A stretch of 64,000 nucleotides of DNA from an uncultured Gemmatimonadales bacterium (GCA_963715665.1 OY970263.1:51631-115630); one strand, 5' to 3'; positions 1 to 11,846 are shown, numbered from the stretch's first letter. A program made the numbers and translations. The notes: generated from the sequence alone by a model not told the origin.

Positions 1-2046
1 TTCTTCAGCACGTACTTTACCGGCCAGAAGGAGCTGGCGGTGATGGCGGCGATGCCGCGTCCGGAGCGGGCCCAGTTCCTGTCGCGGGTGCTGGGTTATG
101 ACCGGCTCCGCGAGGCGCAGGACGCGCTGCGCGAAGCGCGCTCGGTGTTGCGCGCGGAGCTGTCGGGCATCGAGCAGGTGCTCGGCGAGCCGGGCGTGCT
201 GGAGCAGGAACTCGACGAGGGCCGCGCGGCGGTGGCGGCGCGGCGTGCCGAACGGGATCAGGCGGCCGGCGTCGAACAGGAGGTGCTGCAGCGCGCGGCG
301 GCGCTCACGCCGGGGTGGGAGGAGGCACGCGCCCGCCGGGCGGCGTGGCAGGCGCTCGATGGCGAGCGGCGTGTGGCGGAGGGAACCGTGGCGGCCGCGC
401 GGGCGCGTTTCGAGGCAATCGACAAGGAACTTGCCGCCGCGGTGCGCGCCCGCGACCGGCTGGCGCAGCTCGAGCCGTCGATCGGTGAATGGGAAGCACT
501 CAGCGCCGAACGGGACGCACTCGACGCGGCGGCACAGGCGCATCACAGCCGCGGGCAGCAGGCGGCACGTCGCGACCAGATCCGCGTGCGGCTGGAAGAA
601 CTGGAACCGCTGCTCGGCGCCGTCCCGGGTGCCGAGGCGCTGGCCGAACTGGCCCGGGACCGCGACCGCGCCGCCGCCGACCGTGACGCCGTGCAGGGCA
701 CGGTGGCGCAACTCCGCACCCGCTGGGCGCAGGACGTCCAGGAGGCACGCACCCGCCTCGAGGCGTTTCGCGACCGGTACCGCGAACTGTCGGCGCAGCG
801 CGTCCTCATCGAGCAGCAGGGGCCCGAGGGAATCTGCCCGACGTGCGGCCGCCCGCTTGGCGCCGATTTCCGTGCGCTGCTCGAATTGCTGACGCGCCAG
901 ATCGTCGAGGTGGAAACCGACGGACAGTATTACCGGCAGCGCGTCGAGCAATTGCGTGACGCACCGGCCGACGTGGTGGAGATGGAATCGCGGGTGGCAG
1001 AAGCCGGGGTGACATTGCAGCAACGGACCGAAGCGCTGGCGGACGCGCACGCCAGGCAGCGGCAGCGCACCGTGCTGCTCGGCGAGCGGGACCGACTGGC
1101 CGCCGAGCTGGTGCAGCTCGATGCGGCGGTGCAGGGCGAGGTCCCCGGCTACGACGCCGAACGGCACCAGCAGGTGCGAGCCCGCCTGGCGGTGCTGGAG
1201 CCGTTGCGCCGCGAGCACGACCAGCTCGCCGGGGCGGCCCAGCGGGCGGAGGCGCTGCTCGGCAACGCGGCGGAAGCCGAGCGGCTGGCGTCGGCGGCGG
1301 AGGCATCGCTGGCGGCAATCGACCAGCGGATCGGAACACTCGGCTGGGATCCGGCGGCGTTCGAGGCGTTGGAGCGCGCCGTGCAGCAGGCGCAGCAGGA
1401 ACTGCAGGCGGCGCGCCTGGCGGTGGTGACGGCGGCGGCGGCACTCGACGGCGCGGAGCGGCTGCTGCAGTCGGCGGCGGCCCGCCAGGCCGATCGTGCC
1501 GCCCGGGCCGAGCACGCCCGCGGCGTGGCGGCGTCGATCGGCGTGCTCGACGAACTCGACCGGGCGTTTTCCGACCTGCGCACCGAATTGAACGTGCGCC
1601 TCCGCCCCGAGCTGGCCGAACGCGCCTCCCAGCTGCTCTCCGACCTCACCGCCGGCCGCTACTCCGACGTCGAGCTGGATGAGTCGTACATCCCGACCAT
1701 CGTCGAGGATGGCGAGGCGCAGCCGGTGATCTCCGGCGGCGAGGAAGACATCGTCAACCTTGCGCTGCGGCTGGCGATTTCGCAGATGATCGCCGAGCGA
1801 GCCGGGCAACCGCTGTCGGTGCTGGTGCTCGACGAGATCTTCGGTGCGCTCGACGAGGACCGGCGGCGCGCGGTGGTGGAATTGCTGCGGGCGCTGTCGG
1901 GACGCTTTCCCCAGGTTATCCTCATCACGCACGTCGACGGCCTGCGCGATGCCTTTGATCGCGTCCTTCGTGTCAGCAACGACATCCAGTCCGGAGTCAC
2001 CACTGTCACCGATGAGACCCCAGAGCCAGTCGATGTGGCGGCCTGA
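1..2046 (+). CDS. sbcC: SbcC/Rad50-family SMC-like ATPase (DSB-repair nuclease subunit), 5' end outside window
   Basis: Frame open from nt 1 (FFSTYFTGQKELA...) to TGA 2044-2046. Very long Ala/Glu/Arg/Leu coiled coil and a central zinc hook (GICPTCGRPL). C-terminal ABC signature, Walker B and H-loop (ISGGEEDIVNLALRLA...VLVLDEIFGALD...VILITHV). Confidence 0.85.
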   Translation, partial: FFSTYFTGQKELAVMAAMPRPERAQFLSRVLGYDRLREAQDALREARSVLRAELSGIEQVLGEPGVLEQELDEGRAAVAARRAERDQAAGVEQEVLQRAAALTPGWEEARARRAAWQALDGERRVAEGTVAAARARFEAIDKELAAAVRARDRLAQLEPSIGEWEALSAERDALDAAAQAHHSRGQQAARRDQIRVRLEELEPLLGAVPGAEALAELARDRDRAAADRDAVQGTVAQLRTRWAQDVQEARTRLEAFRDRYRELSAQRVLIEQQGPEGICPTCGRPLGADFRALLELLTRQIVEVETDGQYYRQRVEQLRDAPADVVEMESRVAEAGVTLQQRTEALADAHARQRQRTVLLGERDRLAAELVQLDAAVQGEVPGYDAERHQQVRARLAVLEPLRREHDQLAGAAQRAEALLGNAAEAERLASAAEASLAAIDQRIGTLGWDPAAFEALERAVQQAQQELQAARLAVVTAAAALDGAERLLQSAAARQADRAARAEHARGVAASIGVLDELDRAFSDLRTELNVRLRPELAERASQLLSDLTAGRYSDVELDESYIPTIVEDGEAQPVISGGEEDIVNLALRLAISQMIAERAGQPLSVLVLDEIFGALDEDRRRAVVELLRALSGRFPQVILITHVDGLRDAFDRVLRVSNDIQSGVTTVTDETPEPVDVAA

Positions 2047-2992
2047 CCGGACGGTCAGCGGTCCCGAGCGTGTCACGCGGCGGGACATCGACGCCCTGAA
2101 CCGGATCTTCTCCGATGCGTTCACCGAGCGGTACCGGCGGGACGGAATGTCCGGCGTGCGGGTGCCGTTCCTGAATCCGGCCATCTGGGAGTTTGCCATA
2201 GAACTGGCGGGCGAAGGGGCGATGCTCTGGCGCGACGCGCGGCACGAGATCGTGGCGTTCAACCTGGCGCACCTGTCGGGCACCGAAGGGTGGATGGGGC
2301 CGCTGGCGGTGCGCACCGACCGGCAGGGCCACGGCCTCGGGCGCCAGGTGGTGACGGCGGCAATCACGCTGCTGAAGGCGCGCGGGGCGGTGACGGTCGG
2401 CCTCGAGACGATGCCGCGCACCATCGAGAATATCGGGTTCTACTCGCGGCTCGGTTTCTCGCCGGGGGCGTTGACGGTCACCCTCGGCAAGGACACCGGC
2501 CTCGGTGCCGGCACCGGCGAGCGACTCGGCCTGCTTACCGGCGACGCCCGGGATCGCGCCATTGCGGCGTGCGGCGAGCTGGTCGCCGCGATCCGTCCCG
2601 GTTCCGATTACCGTCGCGAAGTGATGCTGACCACAGAGCGGCAGCTGGGTGACGTGACGCTGCTGCGGAACCCGGCCGGCGGCGTCGCGGCGTGGGCGTT
2701 GTGGCACAGCGCGCCGCTGGCCAACGGGCGCCTGCGCGAGGAGCTGCGAGTCCTCAAGCTCGCCGCGGTCGACGCGGCGGCGGCCGAAGCGGTGATTGCG
2801 GCGGTGGAACACGACGCGCGGCAGCTCGGGCTGTCGCGGGTGGCGCTGCGCTGCCAGACCGAATACGGCGAGCTCTATCGCGGGCTGATCGCCAGCGGGT
2901 TCCGGGTGCAATGGACCGACCTGCGGATGCACTTCGGGGCGCCGCCACCGGCGACCGGTGAGGCGATCCTGTTGACCAACTGGGAGATCTGA
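2033..2992 (+). CDS. GNAT-family N-acetyltransferase
   Basis: ATG 2033 overlaps the sbcC stop. The upstream part of track ORF 1844-2992 is sbcC out of frame. Acetyl-CoA binding motif RTDRQGHGLGRQVV and a second GNAT-like half. 319 aa. Confidence 0.75.
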   Translation: MWRPDRTVSGPERVTRRDIDALNRIFSDAFTERYRRDGMSGVRVPFLNPAIWEFAIELAGEGAMLWRDARHEIVAFNLAHLSGTEGWMGPLAVRTDRQGHGLGRQVVTAAITLLKARGAVTVGLETMPRTIENIGFYSRLGFSPGALTVTLGKDTGLGAGTGERLGLLTGDARDRAIAACGELVAAIRPGSDYRREVMLTTERQLGDVTLLRNPAGGVAAWALWHSAPLANGRLREELRVLKLAAVDAAAAEAVIAAVEHDARQLGLSRVALRCQTEYGELYRGLIASGFRVQWTDLRMHFGAPPPATGEAILLTNWEI

Positions 2993-3004
2993 GGGTGGCG
3001 CCGT

Positions 3005-3169
3005 TCAGCGCGGCGGCGGCGTGCCCCACTTCGACACCGCGATGCCGCGGATGATGAGGGCGACGCCGGCGACGAGGGCGAGGTGGATCATGCCGGTCGC
3101 GGGCTGCAGTGCAAAGAACACCACCGCCCAGACGGCCACCAGCAGCAGGCCGATCACGAATTCCACCAT
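3005..3169 (-). CDS. small two-helix membrane protein (54 aa, lmo0937-like)
   Basis: Below the ORF-track cutoff. Reverse strand ATG 3169 to TGA 3005 gives MVEFVIGLLLVAVWAVVFFALQPATGMIHLALVAGVALIIRGIAVSKWGTPPPR. Two hydrophobic helices with a basic tail. Confidence 0.45.
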   Translation of the reverse strand: MVEFVIGLLLVAVWAVVFFALQPATGMIHLALVAGVALIIRGIAVSKWGTPPPR

Positions 3170-3225
3170 CGCGCGCCTTTCGTTGTCGGTGACCTGACCG
3201 GTGTCCGGCCGGGTGTGCCGTTGCG

Positions 3226-3254
3226 TTGACCGGTCCCGCCTTGCCGCCTATTAT
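3226..3254 (+). promoter_or_regulatory. sigma70-like promoter (TTGACC-N17-TATTAT)
   Basis: -35 TTGACC at 3226-3231, a 17-nt spacer, -10 TATTAT at 3249-3254. This AT-rich hexamer stands out in GC-rich DNA. Predicted TSS is about 3260. Confidence 0.5.
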
Positions 3255-3260
3255 AGCGAT

Positions 3261-3470
3261 GGCAGGACAATGGCGGGGAGACTTCCGTTATTGAGCCAAC
3301 AGTTCGGAGTCCGGGCCCACATTCCTGATCCGACGCCATGCCCCCACGGGGGGAAGACGGACGACACGGAGAGGGCGCCAAGCAATTCTTCCGGGCTTCA
3401 TATAACCCCTTCCCGTCAGGGTTCTGCCACGCGGCGGCGTCCCGCGACTGCGGCGACGCCGCCTGGCTTT
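3261..3470 (+). ncRNA. candidate structured small RNA (6S-like architecture) or cis-leader of the downstream PTPS/QueD gene; class unassigned
   Basis: 3261-3280 (GGCAGGACAAUGGCGGGGAG) pairs 18/20 with 3409-3428 (CUUCCCGUCAGGGUUCUGCC). Inner helix GGAGUCCGG (3306-3314) pairs with CCGGGCUUC (3391-3399). Apical hairpin CCCCC-ACG-GGGGG is at about 3341-3353. Terminal GC hairpin GGCGGCGUC...GACGCCGCC (3433-3463) is followed by UGGCUUU. No credible ORF in the 320-nt gap. Confidence 0.4.
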
Positions 3471-3490
3471 GACGGACACAGGATCTGACG

Positions 3491-3904
3491 ATGCCTCGCG
3501 CCCTGGTGGTCCGCCGCGTGCACTTCAATGCGGCACATCGACTGCACAATCCCGCCCGCAGCGATGAATGGAACCGCGCCACGTTCGGGCCGTGCAACCT
3601 GCCGAATTACCACGGGCACAATTACGAAGCCGAGCTGTGTGTCGACGGCGAGATCGATCCGGCGACGGGGTATGTCCTGGACGTCGCGATCCTGAAGTCG
3701 CTTTTCGAGACCCACGTCGCGGCGCACCTCGACCACCGCAACCTGAATCTCGACGTGCCGTGGTTCCGCGACCGGCTGCCGTCGGCGGAGAACCTCGCGA
3801 TCTACATCTGGGAGCAGCTCGTCGACCGGGTGCCGGCCGGGCGCCTGGCGTGCGTCCGGCTGTGGGAAACGCCGCGCAACTTCGTCGAATACCGGGGGGA
3901 CTGA
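3491..3904 (+). CDS. 6-pyruvoyl-tetrahydropterin synthase / 6-carboxytetrahydropterin synthase (PTPS/QueD family, eukaryote-like PTPS-I type)
   Basis: 137 aa. Motifs FNAAHRL, PCNLPNYHGHNY, GEIDPATGYV, LDHRNLN and ENLAIYIW closely parallel animal PTPS (GKCNNPNGHGHNY, GEIDPATGMV, LDHKNL, ENVAVYIW). Confidence 0.85.
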   Translation: MPRALVVRRVHFNAAHRLHNPARSDEWNRATFGPCNLPNYHGHNYEAELCVDGEIDPATGYVLDVAILKSLFETHVAAHLDHRNLNLDVPWFRDRLPSAENLAIYIWEQLVDRVPAGRLACVRLWETPRNFVEYRGD

Positions 3905-3908
3905 GGCG

Positions 3909-4601
3909 ATGGGCCCGCTGCACGGCCGGACGGTCCTGGTGACCGGCGCGTCACGCGGCATCGGCGCCGCGGTGGCGGCCCGCTGCGCGGCACTCGGCGC
4001 GATGCTGATCCGGGTGGCCCGCTCGGCGATGCCCGACCTGCCGGGAGCGGCGGACCTCCGCGCCGACCTCGCCGATCCACGCGAGCGGGACGCCGTGCTG
4101 CGGCGCATCTCGGAGGCGCACGGGGTGCCCGACGTGATTGTCAGCGGTGCCGGCGCCTTCCTGCTCGCCCCGCTGGAGGACACCACCGACGCCCTCTTCC
4201 GCGAACAGCTGGCGATCAACCTCGAAGCGCCGTTCGGCATCGCCCGCCATTTCCTGCCCGGGATGCGGGCGCGCGGCAGCGGCCTGCACATCCTGATCGG
4301 CAGTGTCGCCGACATGAGGGCGTACGGCGGCAACTCGGCCTATGCCGCGTCGAAGTTCGGCTTGCGCGGCCTGCACGAAGTGCTGGCGGAGGAGTTCCGC
4401 GGCAGCGGCGTGCGCTGCACGCTGATCTCGCCCGGTCCGACCGATACCGCGGTGTGGGACCCGGTCGATCCGGACAGCCGCGACGACCTGATCCATCGCG
4501 CCGACATGCTGCGGGTCACCGACGTGGCCGACGCGGTCGCGTACGTGGCAACGACCCCGTCCCATGTGCACATCGAGACGATCCGCCTGGGCCCGGCCTG
4601 A
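3909..4601 (+). CDS. short-chain dehydrogenase/reductase (SDR), possible sepiapterin-reductase-like partner of PTPS
   Basis: 230 aa. Cofactor motif TGASRGIG and catalytic YAASKFGLRG (YxxxK). Starts 5 nt after the PTPS stop. Confidence 0.8.
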   Translation: MGPLHGRTVLVTGASRGIGAAVAARCAALGAMLIRVARSAMPDLPGAADLRADLADPRERDAVLRRISEAHGVPDVIVSGAGAFLLAPLEDTTDALFREQLAINLEAPFGIARHFLPGMRARGSGLHILIGSVADMRAYGGNSAYAASKFGLRGLHEVLAEEFRGSGVRCTLISPGPTDTAVWDPVDPDSRDDLIHRADMLRVTDVADAVAYVATTPSHVHIETIRLGPA

Positions 4602-4615
4602 ACCGACCGGCCCCG

Positions 4616-5182
4616 ATGTTCATCGAGCTCACCGACCTGCTGCGCTGTCCCAACGATCATCCCGAGGCGTTCCTGGTGCTGCTCCCCGACCGGATGGACG
4701 GCAGGCGGGTCGTGGCGGGCCACCTCGGCTGCCCGGTGTGCGGCTGGAGCATGGCGTGGAACGACGGCGTTCCCGACTTCGGTGGCGGGTGGCGCAGCAC
4801 GGTGGCACCGCCGTTCGACGCGGCGGGGGCGGTGGCGCTGCTGGGACTTGGCGGACCGGGTGGGTGGGTGGCGCTCGCCGGTGCGGCGGCAGGGCTGGTG
4901 GATGCGGTCCATGCGCTGCTTCCCGGGGTGCACCTGGTGGCGATCAATCCCGGCGCCGGGGTGGAGCCGTCGGACGACACCAGCGTGCTGGTGAGTGGGG
5001 CGTGGCCGCTCAAGTCGCGGATGTTGCGGGGAGCGGTGCTCGGCGCCGACGCGGCGGCGTGGCGCGACGCGGCGGCAGCGAGCGTGCTGCCGGGGCTGCG
5101 GCTGGTGGGGAGCGGCGAGCCTCCCGGTGGTGCCGAGGTGCTCGGACGCACCGCGGAGGCGTGGGTGGTGCGGGTGCGCTGA
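4616..5182 (+). CDS. hypothetical protein with N-terminal Trm112-like zinc-ribbon and a degenerate methyltransferase-like C-terminus
   Basis: ATG 4616 (MFIELTDLLRCPNDH...GHLGCPVCGW). The upstream part of track ORF 4454-5182 overlaps the SDR gene. The Gly-rich LGLGGPGGW resembles SAM motif I. Confidence 0.5.
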   Translation: MFIELTDLLRCPNDHPEAFLVLLPDRMDGRRVVAGHLGCPVCGWSMAWNDGVPDFGGGWRSTVAPPFDAAGAVALLGLGGPGGWVALAGAAAGLVDAVHALLPGVHLVAINPGAGVEPSDDTSVLVSGAWPLKSRMLRGAVLGADAAAWRDAAAASVLPGLRLVGSGEPPGGAEVLGRTAEAWVVRVR

Positions 5183-5188
5183 GCGGGG

Positions 5189-6990
5189 TCAGTCGAGACC
5201 GGCGAAGAGCTGCTCGATCTCCTTCTGGTAATGCTGTTCGATGATCCGGCGCCGCGCCTTGAGCGTCGCGGTGAGCTCGCCGGATTCGACGGTGAAGTCG
5301 TGGGGGAGCAGCAGGAAGCGCTTGGGCGTCTCGTACTGCGCCAGGTCGCGGAGGCTGCGCCGCGCCTCGCGTTCGAGCCGCTCCTGGACCTCCGGCATCC
5401 GCACCAGCTGCTCCGGATCGCGCTCGGCGATGCCGCTGGACGCGAGCCACGGCGCGAGTGCGTCGAAGTTCGGCACCAGCAACATGAACGGGAACTTGTG
5501 GCGGTCGCCGAGCAGCACCGCGTTGCGGAAGTACTCGTTGGTGCGGAGCATGTTCTCGATCGGCTGCGGCGCGATGTACTTCCCGCCTGACGTCTTGATG
5601 AGGTCCTTCTTGCGGTCGGTGATCCGCAGGCAGCCGTCGTTGTCGATCTCGCCGATGTCGCCGGTGTGGAACCAGCCGTCGGCGTCGATTGCCGCGGCGG
5701 TGGCTTCCGGCTGGCGGTAGTACCCCAGCATGATGTTGCGGGCCGCGCGTCGAGGATCTCGCCGTCGGTGGCAATCCGGACCTCGACCCCGGGGATCGGC
5801 CGGCCGACGGTGCCGCAGCTTGATCATGTCGAAGGTGTTGACGGCGATCACCGGCGAAGTCTCGGTCAGGCCATAGCCCTCGAGGATCGGCAGCCCCGCG
5901 CCGAAGAAGAAGCGGCAGATGTCGGGAGACAGCGGCGCCCCGCCGGAGATGAAGAAGCGGATCCGGTTGCCGATGCGGCGGCGCAGCTTGCGAAAGACCA
6001 GCCGGTCGGCGATGCGCGCCCCGAAGCGGAGGCCGGGCGGCACGCGCTGGCGGGCAAAGAGGTAGTCGCTGCGTTTCTCGGCGGTGGCGCGAGCCCACTC
6101 GAAGATGGCGCGCCGCAGCCCGCCGGCCTGGAGCGCCGCCTCGGTGACGCGGGCGTGGATCTTCTCGTAGAGTCGCGGCACCGACGCCACCACGGTGGGC
6201 GCCACCTCCGCCATCTCCGCGGCGACGGTGTCGACGAGGTGGCGTAGTCGATGGCGGCGCCGGCGTGCAACATGGTGTAATGGCCGACCATCCGCTCGAA
6301 GATGTGGCAGAGCGGCAGGAACGACAGATAGCGGTCGCCGGTGCCGAGCGAAAAGAGGTCGAGGGCGGCGACGACGTTGCTGGTGATGTTGCCGTGGCTC
6401 AGCATGACGCCCTTGGGGTCGCCGGTTGTTCCCGACGTGTAGATCAGCGTGGCGAGGTCGCCGGCCTGCACGCCGCGGGCGGTGGTCTCCCAGTCGGCGA
6501 AGCGGTCTTCGGCAGAGGCGCCAAGGGCCTCGAGGGACGTGAGCGAGGCGGCGCCGGCGGGGAGTGGCACGTCGTCGAAGGCGAAGACGTGCTGCAGCCC
6601 CGGGAGCTCGGCGCGGGCCTCGGTGATCTTCTCGAGGAACGCGGCGGACGAGACGAACACCGCCGCGGCGCCGGCGTCGCGCAGGATGTAGGCCACCTGC
6701 GACGCCGGCAGGGTGGGGTAGATCGGCACGTCGACCAGGCGGGCGGCGAGGCAGGCGTAGTCGACGATGGCCCACTCGGGGCGGTTCTCCGAGAGGATCG
6801 CCACCCGGTCGCCGGCGCGGAGGCCGAGTTCGAGGAGTCCACTGAGCACCCGCTGCACCCGGCGGCGCAGTTCGTCGTAGCCCATCCCGTGCCACTGCCC
6901 GTCGATGCGGCGGCGCATGACGACGCGGCCGGCGGGGTACCGCGCGCCGGCGTCGAGGAAGAGCTGGTTGAGGGTTGCCGGCTGGGTCAC
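5189..6990 (-). pseudogene. long-chain fatty acid--CoA ligase (AMP-forming, FadD-like), interrupted by frameshifts
   Basis: N-terminal half in frame of 5866-6990 (GTG 6990; ...LIYTSGTTGDPKGVMLSHGNI...HYTMLHAGAAIDYA). C-terminal half in frame of 5189-6895 (VDTVAAEMAEV...GYGLTETSP...WFHTGDIGEIDNDGCLRITDRKKDLIKTSGGKYIAP). Frame change near 6245. A +1/+2 pair near 5750-5815 garbles the expected GTVGRPIPGVEVRIATDGEIL. Confidence 0.8.
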
Positions 6991-7364
6991 CGGTGGCGCA
7001 CCGTGCCGGTGCCTCCGGTGGTGTCGACCGGTTGCGGGGTGAGCGTCACCGTGATCAGCGACGAGGCGAGGGTGCCGGCGGCGGCCTGCACCCGGGCGTG
7101 TCCGGAGTCGCTCAGCGCCACGATCAGGCCGCTGGTGGAATCGAGCGCGACGAGCGCGGTATCGGGGGTGCGCCAGACGATGCCGGTGGCGACCTGGTTG
7201 CCCGACGCGTCGAGCGCGACGGCGAGCAGTTGCGCGGTGTCACCCTGCGCCAGCGTGAACGACGCCGGGGTGCGGACCTCGATCGCCACCACCCCGCCAT
7301 CGACCGCCGGCAGCGAACTGCACGCCGCCACGAGCGCGAGCCCCGCGAGCGCCGCGCGCTTCAC
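6987..7364 (-). CDS. lipoprotein with bacterial Ig-like (Big_2) domain
   Basis: GTG 7364. Signal peptide plus lipobox (KRAALAGLALVAAC). Big_2-like TLAQGDTAQLLAVALDASGN...VTL. GTGA overlaps with both neighbours. Confidence 0.65.
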   Translation of the reverse strand: MKRAALAGLALVAACSSLPAVDGGVVAIEVRTPASFTLAQGDTAQLLAVALDASGNQVATGIVWRTPDTALVALDSTSGLIVALSDSGHARVQAAAGTLASSLITVTLTPQPVDTTGGTGTVRHR

Positions 7365-7819
7365 GGCACCTCCCGCAGCGGCGGTGCGCCGACACCGGGT
7401 TCGCCGGTGAGCTGCTGGAGGGTTGCGCGGGCGTGATCGACCCAGCGGGCCATCTCGGGGTCGCGAGGCGGGCGGGCCAGAAAGGCGCGCAGGTGTTCGA
7501 GGGCGCGATCGGTGTCGCCGCGCTTGAGCAGCAGGAAGGCGAGGCCGTAGTGGGCGCCGGCCAGCTGCGGATCGAGTTCGAGGGCGCGGCGATAGTAGCG
7601 AATCGCTTCCTCGCGCCGCCCGGTGCGCGAGAGCGCGATGGCGATGTACTGCAGCACCTTGATGTTGTGGGGTTGGTCGCGCAGCGCCAGTTGATACGAC
7701 GTGATGGCGCCGTCGTAGTCACCCTGACGTTCGAGGGCGAGCCCTTCGTTGAGGTAGTCGAGCCGTTGCGGCTTGACTATCTCCTGGTCGCCTGAAAGGA
7801 GCCGTCGCCACCAGCTCAT
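7361..7819 (-). CDS. tetratricopeptide (TPR) repeat protein
   Basis: Three TPR-like units (GDYDGAITSYQLALRDQP, GRREEAIRYYRRALELDP, GDTDRALEHLRAFL). Start uncertain: ATG 7819 or GTG 7852. Confidence 0.65.
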   Translation of the reverse strand: MSWWRRLLSGDQEIVKPQRLDYLNEGLALERQGDYDGAITSYQLALRDQPHNIKVLQYIAIALSRTGRREEAIRYYRRALELDPQLAGAHYGLAFLLLKRGDTDRALEHLRAFLARPPRDPEMARWVDHARATLQQLTGEPGVGAPPLREVP

Positions 7820-7901
7820 GCCGCGTGAGTGTCGCAAGGAACGGACATTCACGGTAACTTAGGCCGCGGCCGTGGTCCGAGCAACGCGATTGGAGGTCCT
7901 G

Positions 7902-8411
7902 ATGCCCCGCCGACGCCCGGAACCATCCCGGGATATCCTCGAAATCGACTGGCCGTTCTTCGGCGAACTCTGTCGGGCGCTGGCGCTGCACGTTGCCCGC
8001 GACTACGACCCGGATGTCGTGGTGGGCATCGCCAAGGCGGGGGTCATTCCGGCGGCGATCATCGCGTCGATCCTGCAGCGGGAACTGGTGACGATGGCGA
8101 TCGCCCGGCCCGGCGAGACCGGGGCACCGCAGCTGATCTCGCCCCCGCCGCCGTCGATCCGGGGCCGTCGCATCCTGCTGGTCGACGAGACCTGCGACAC
8201 CGGTGACACCTTCAAGCTCGCGCTGCAGGCGGTCAAGGCCATCGGTCCGGCCGACGTCCGCACCGCGGCGTCGTTCCAGACCGGGCGCTGGCCGCCCGAC
8301 TTCCACGCCTTCGTGACCGAAAAGGCGATCGTCCTGCCGTGGGACCGCGAAATCATCGAAAATGGTGAGCTGGTGGTGCGTCCCGACCTGAGGGCCTGGC
8401 TGGAACACTGA
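7902..8411 (+). CDS. phosphoribosyltransferase-family protein
   Basis: ATG 7902 lies 5 nt after GGAGG (7892-7896). PRPP-binding loop ILLVDETCDTGDT. Confidence 0.75.
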   Translation: MPRRRPEPSRDILEIDWPFFGELCRALALHVARDYDPDVVVGIAKAGVIPAAIIASILQRELVTMAIARPGETGAPQLISPPPPSIRGRRILLVDETCDTGDTFKLALQAVKAIGPADVRTAASFQTGRWPPDFHAFVTEKAIVLPWDREIIENGELVVRPDLRAWLEH

Positions 8412-8438
8412 GCCGGTGGCGGGTCGGCGGCGGCGGTG

Positions 8439-8981
8439 CTACTGGGGCAGCTCGTCGCGGCCGAACGCCTCGTACCACGGCCGGTCGGCCGCGAGCAGGT
8501 CGTAGACCGCCTGCAGGGTCTCGGTCGATCCGGCGAGGAAGCGGCAGGCATCGTCGCCCCGTGACCGGCATTCCACCTCGAGCACCGCCAGCGGGGCGCC
8601 GGCCTGGGCGGTGAAGAACGCCGCAAAGCAGCCACAGGTGAAGTGACACCCGGGATGCGTTGCGGTTGCCGGCGCGGCTTCCGCCCAGTCGCCGGCTTCG
8701 AGCAGCACGGCGCGGTCTCCCACCGGCGTCACGGTGATCGATCCCCACCCGAGGGCCACGCAGAGTTCGTCGAAGAGCGGCGGAAACCAGCGCGCGTCGA
8801 GGCGGCCGGCGTCGTCGAGTCCGGTGCGCTCCGCGACGCGGTTCCGCCAGCGGTCGAAGAGCGCCTCGCCGGTGGCGAAGCCGGCGTCCTGCAGCACGTC
8901 GGCGGCGACGCCTGGCCCGACCGCTTCGAGGCGGAGACGGAGGCGGCGAAGCGACTCGGGTGCGATGGAGAAGTCTGGCAC
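8439..8981 (-). CDS. V4R (4-vinyl reductase) domain protein
   Basis: 180 aa, GTG start. C-terminal Cys pattern HPGCHFTCGCFAAFF...VECRSRGDDACRF is typical of V4R hydrocarbon/ligand-binding domains. Confidence 0.55.
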   Translation of the reverse strand: MPDFSIAPESLRRLRLRLEAVGPGVAADVLQDAGFATGEALFDRWRNRVAERTGLDDAGRLDARWFPPLFDELCVALGWGSITVTPVGDRAVLLEAGDWAEAAPATATHPGCHFTCGCFAAFFTAQAGAPLAVLEVECRSRGDDACRFLAGSTETLQAVYDLLAADRPWYEAFGRDELPQ

Positions 8982-8993
8982 GGCGCTGCGAAG

Positions 8994-11800
<2,807 letters not shown>

Positions 11801-11846
11801 GAGGTCCTTTCCGGTGCATCATCCGGCCCTGCGGCCCGAGGAGTGA

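Noticed and set aside
3261-3470. Assignment of the structured RNA to the preQ1, ZTP (pfl), THF, Moco or cobalamin riboswitch classes
   Set aside because: Only fragmentary resemblances were found, for example UGGCGGGGAG and CGCCGCCUGGC against ZTP core strings. The required helices and pseudoknot arrangement are not present by eye. It needs a covariance-model search.
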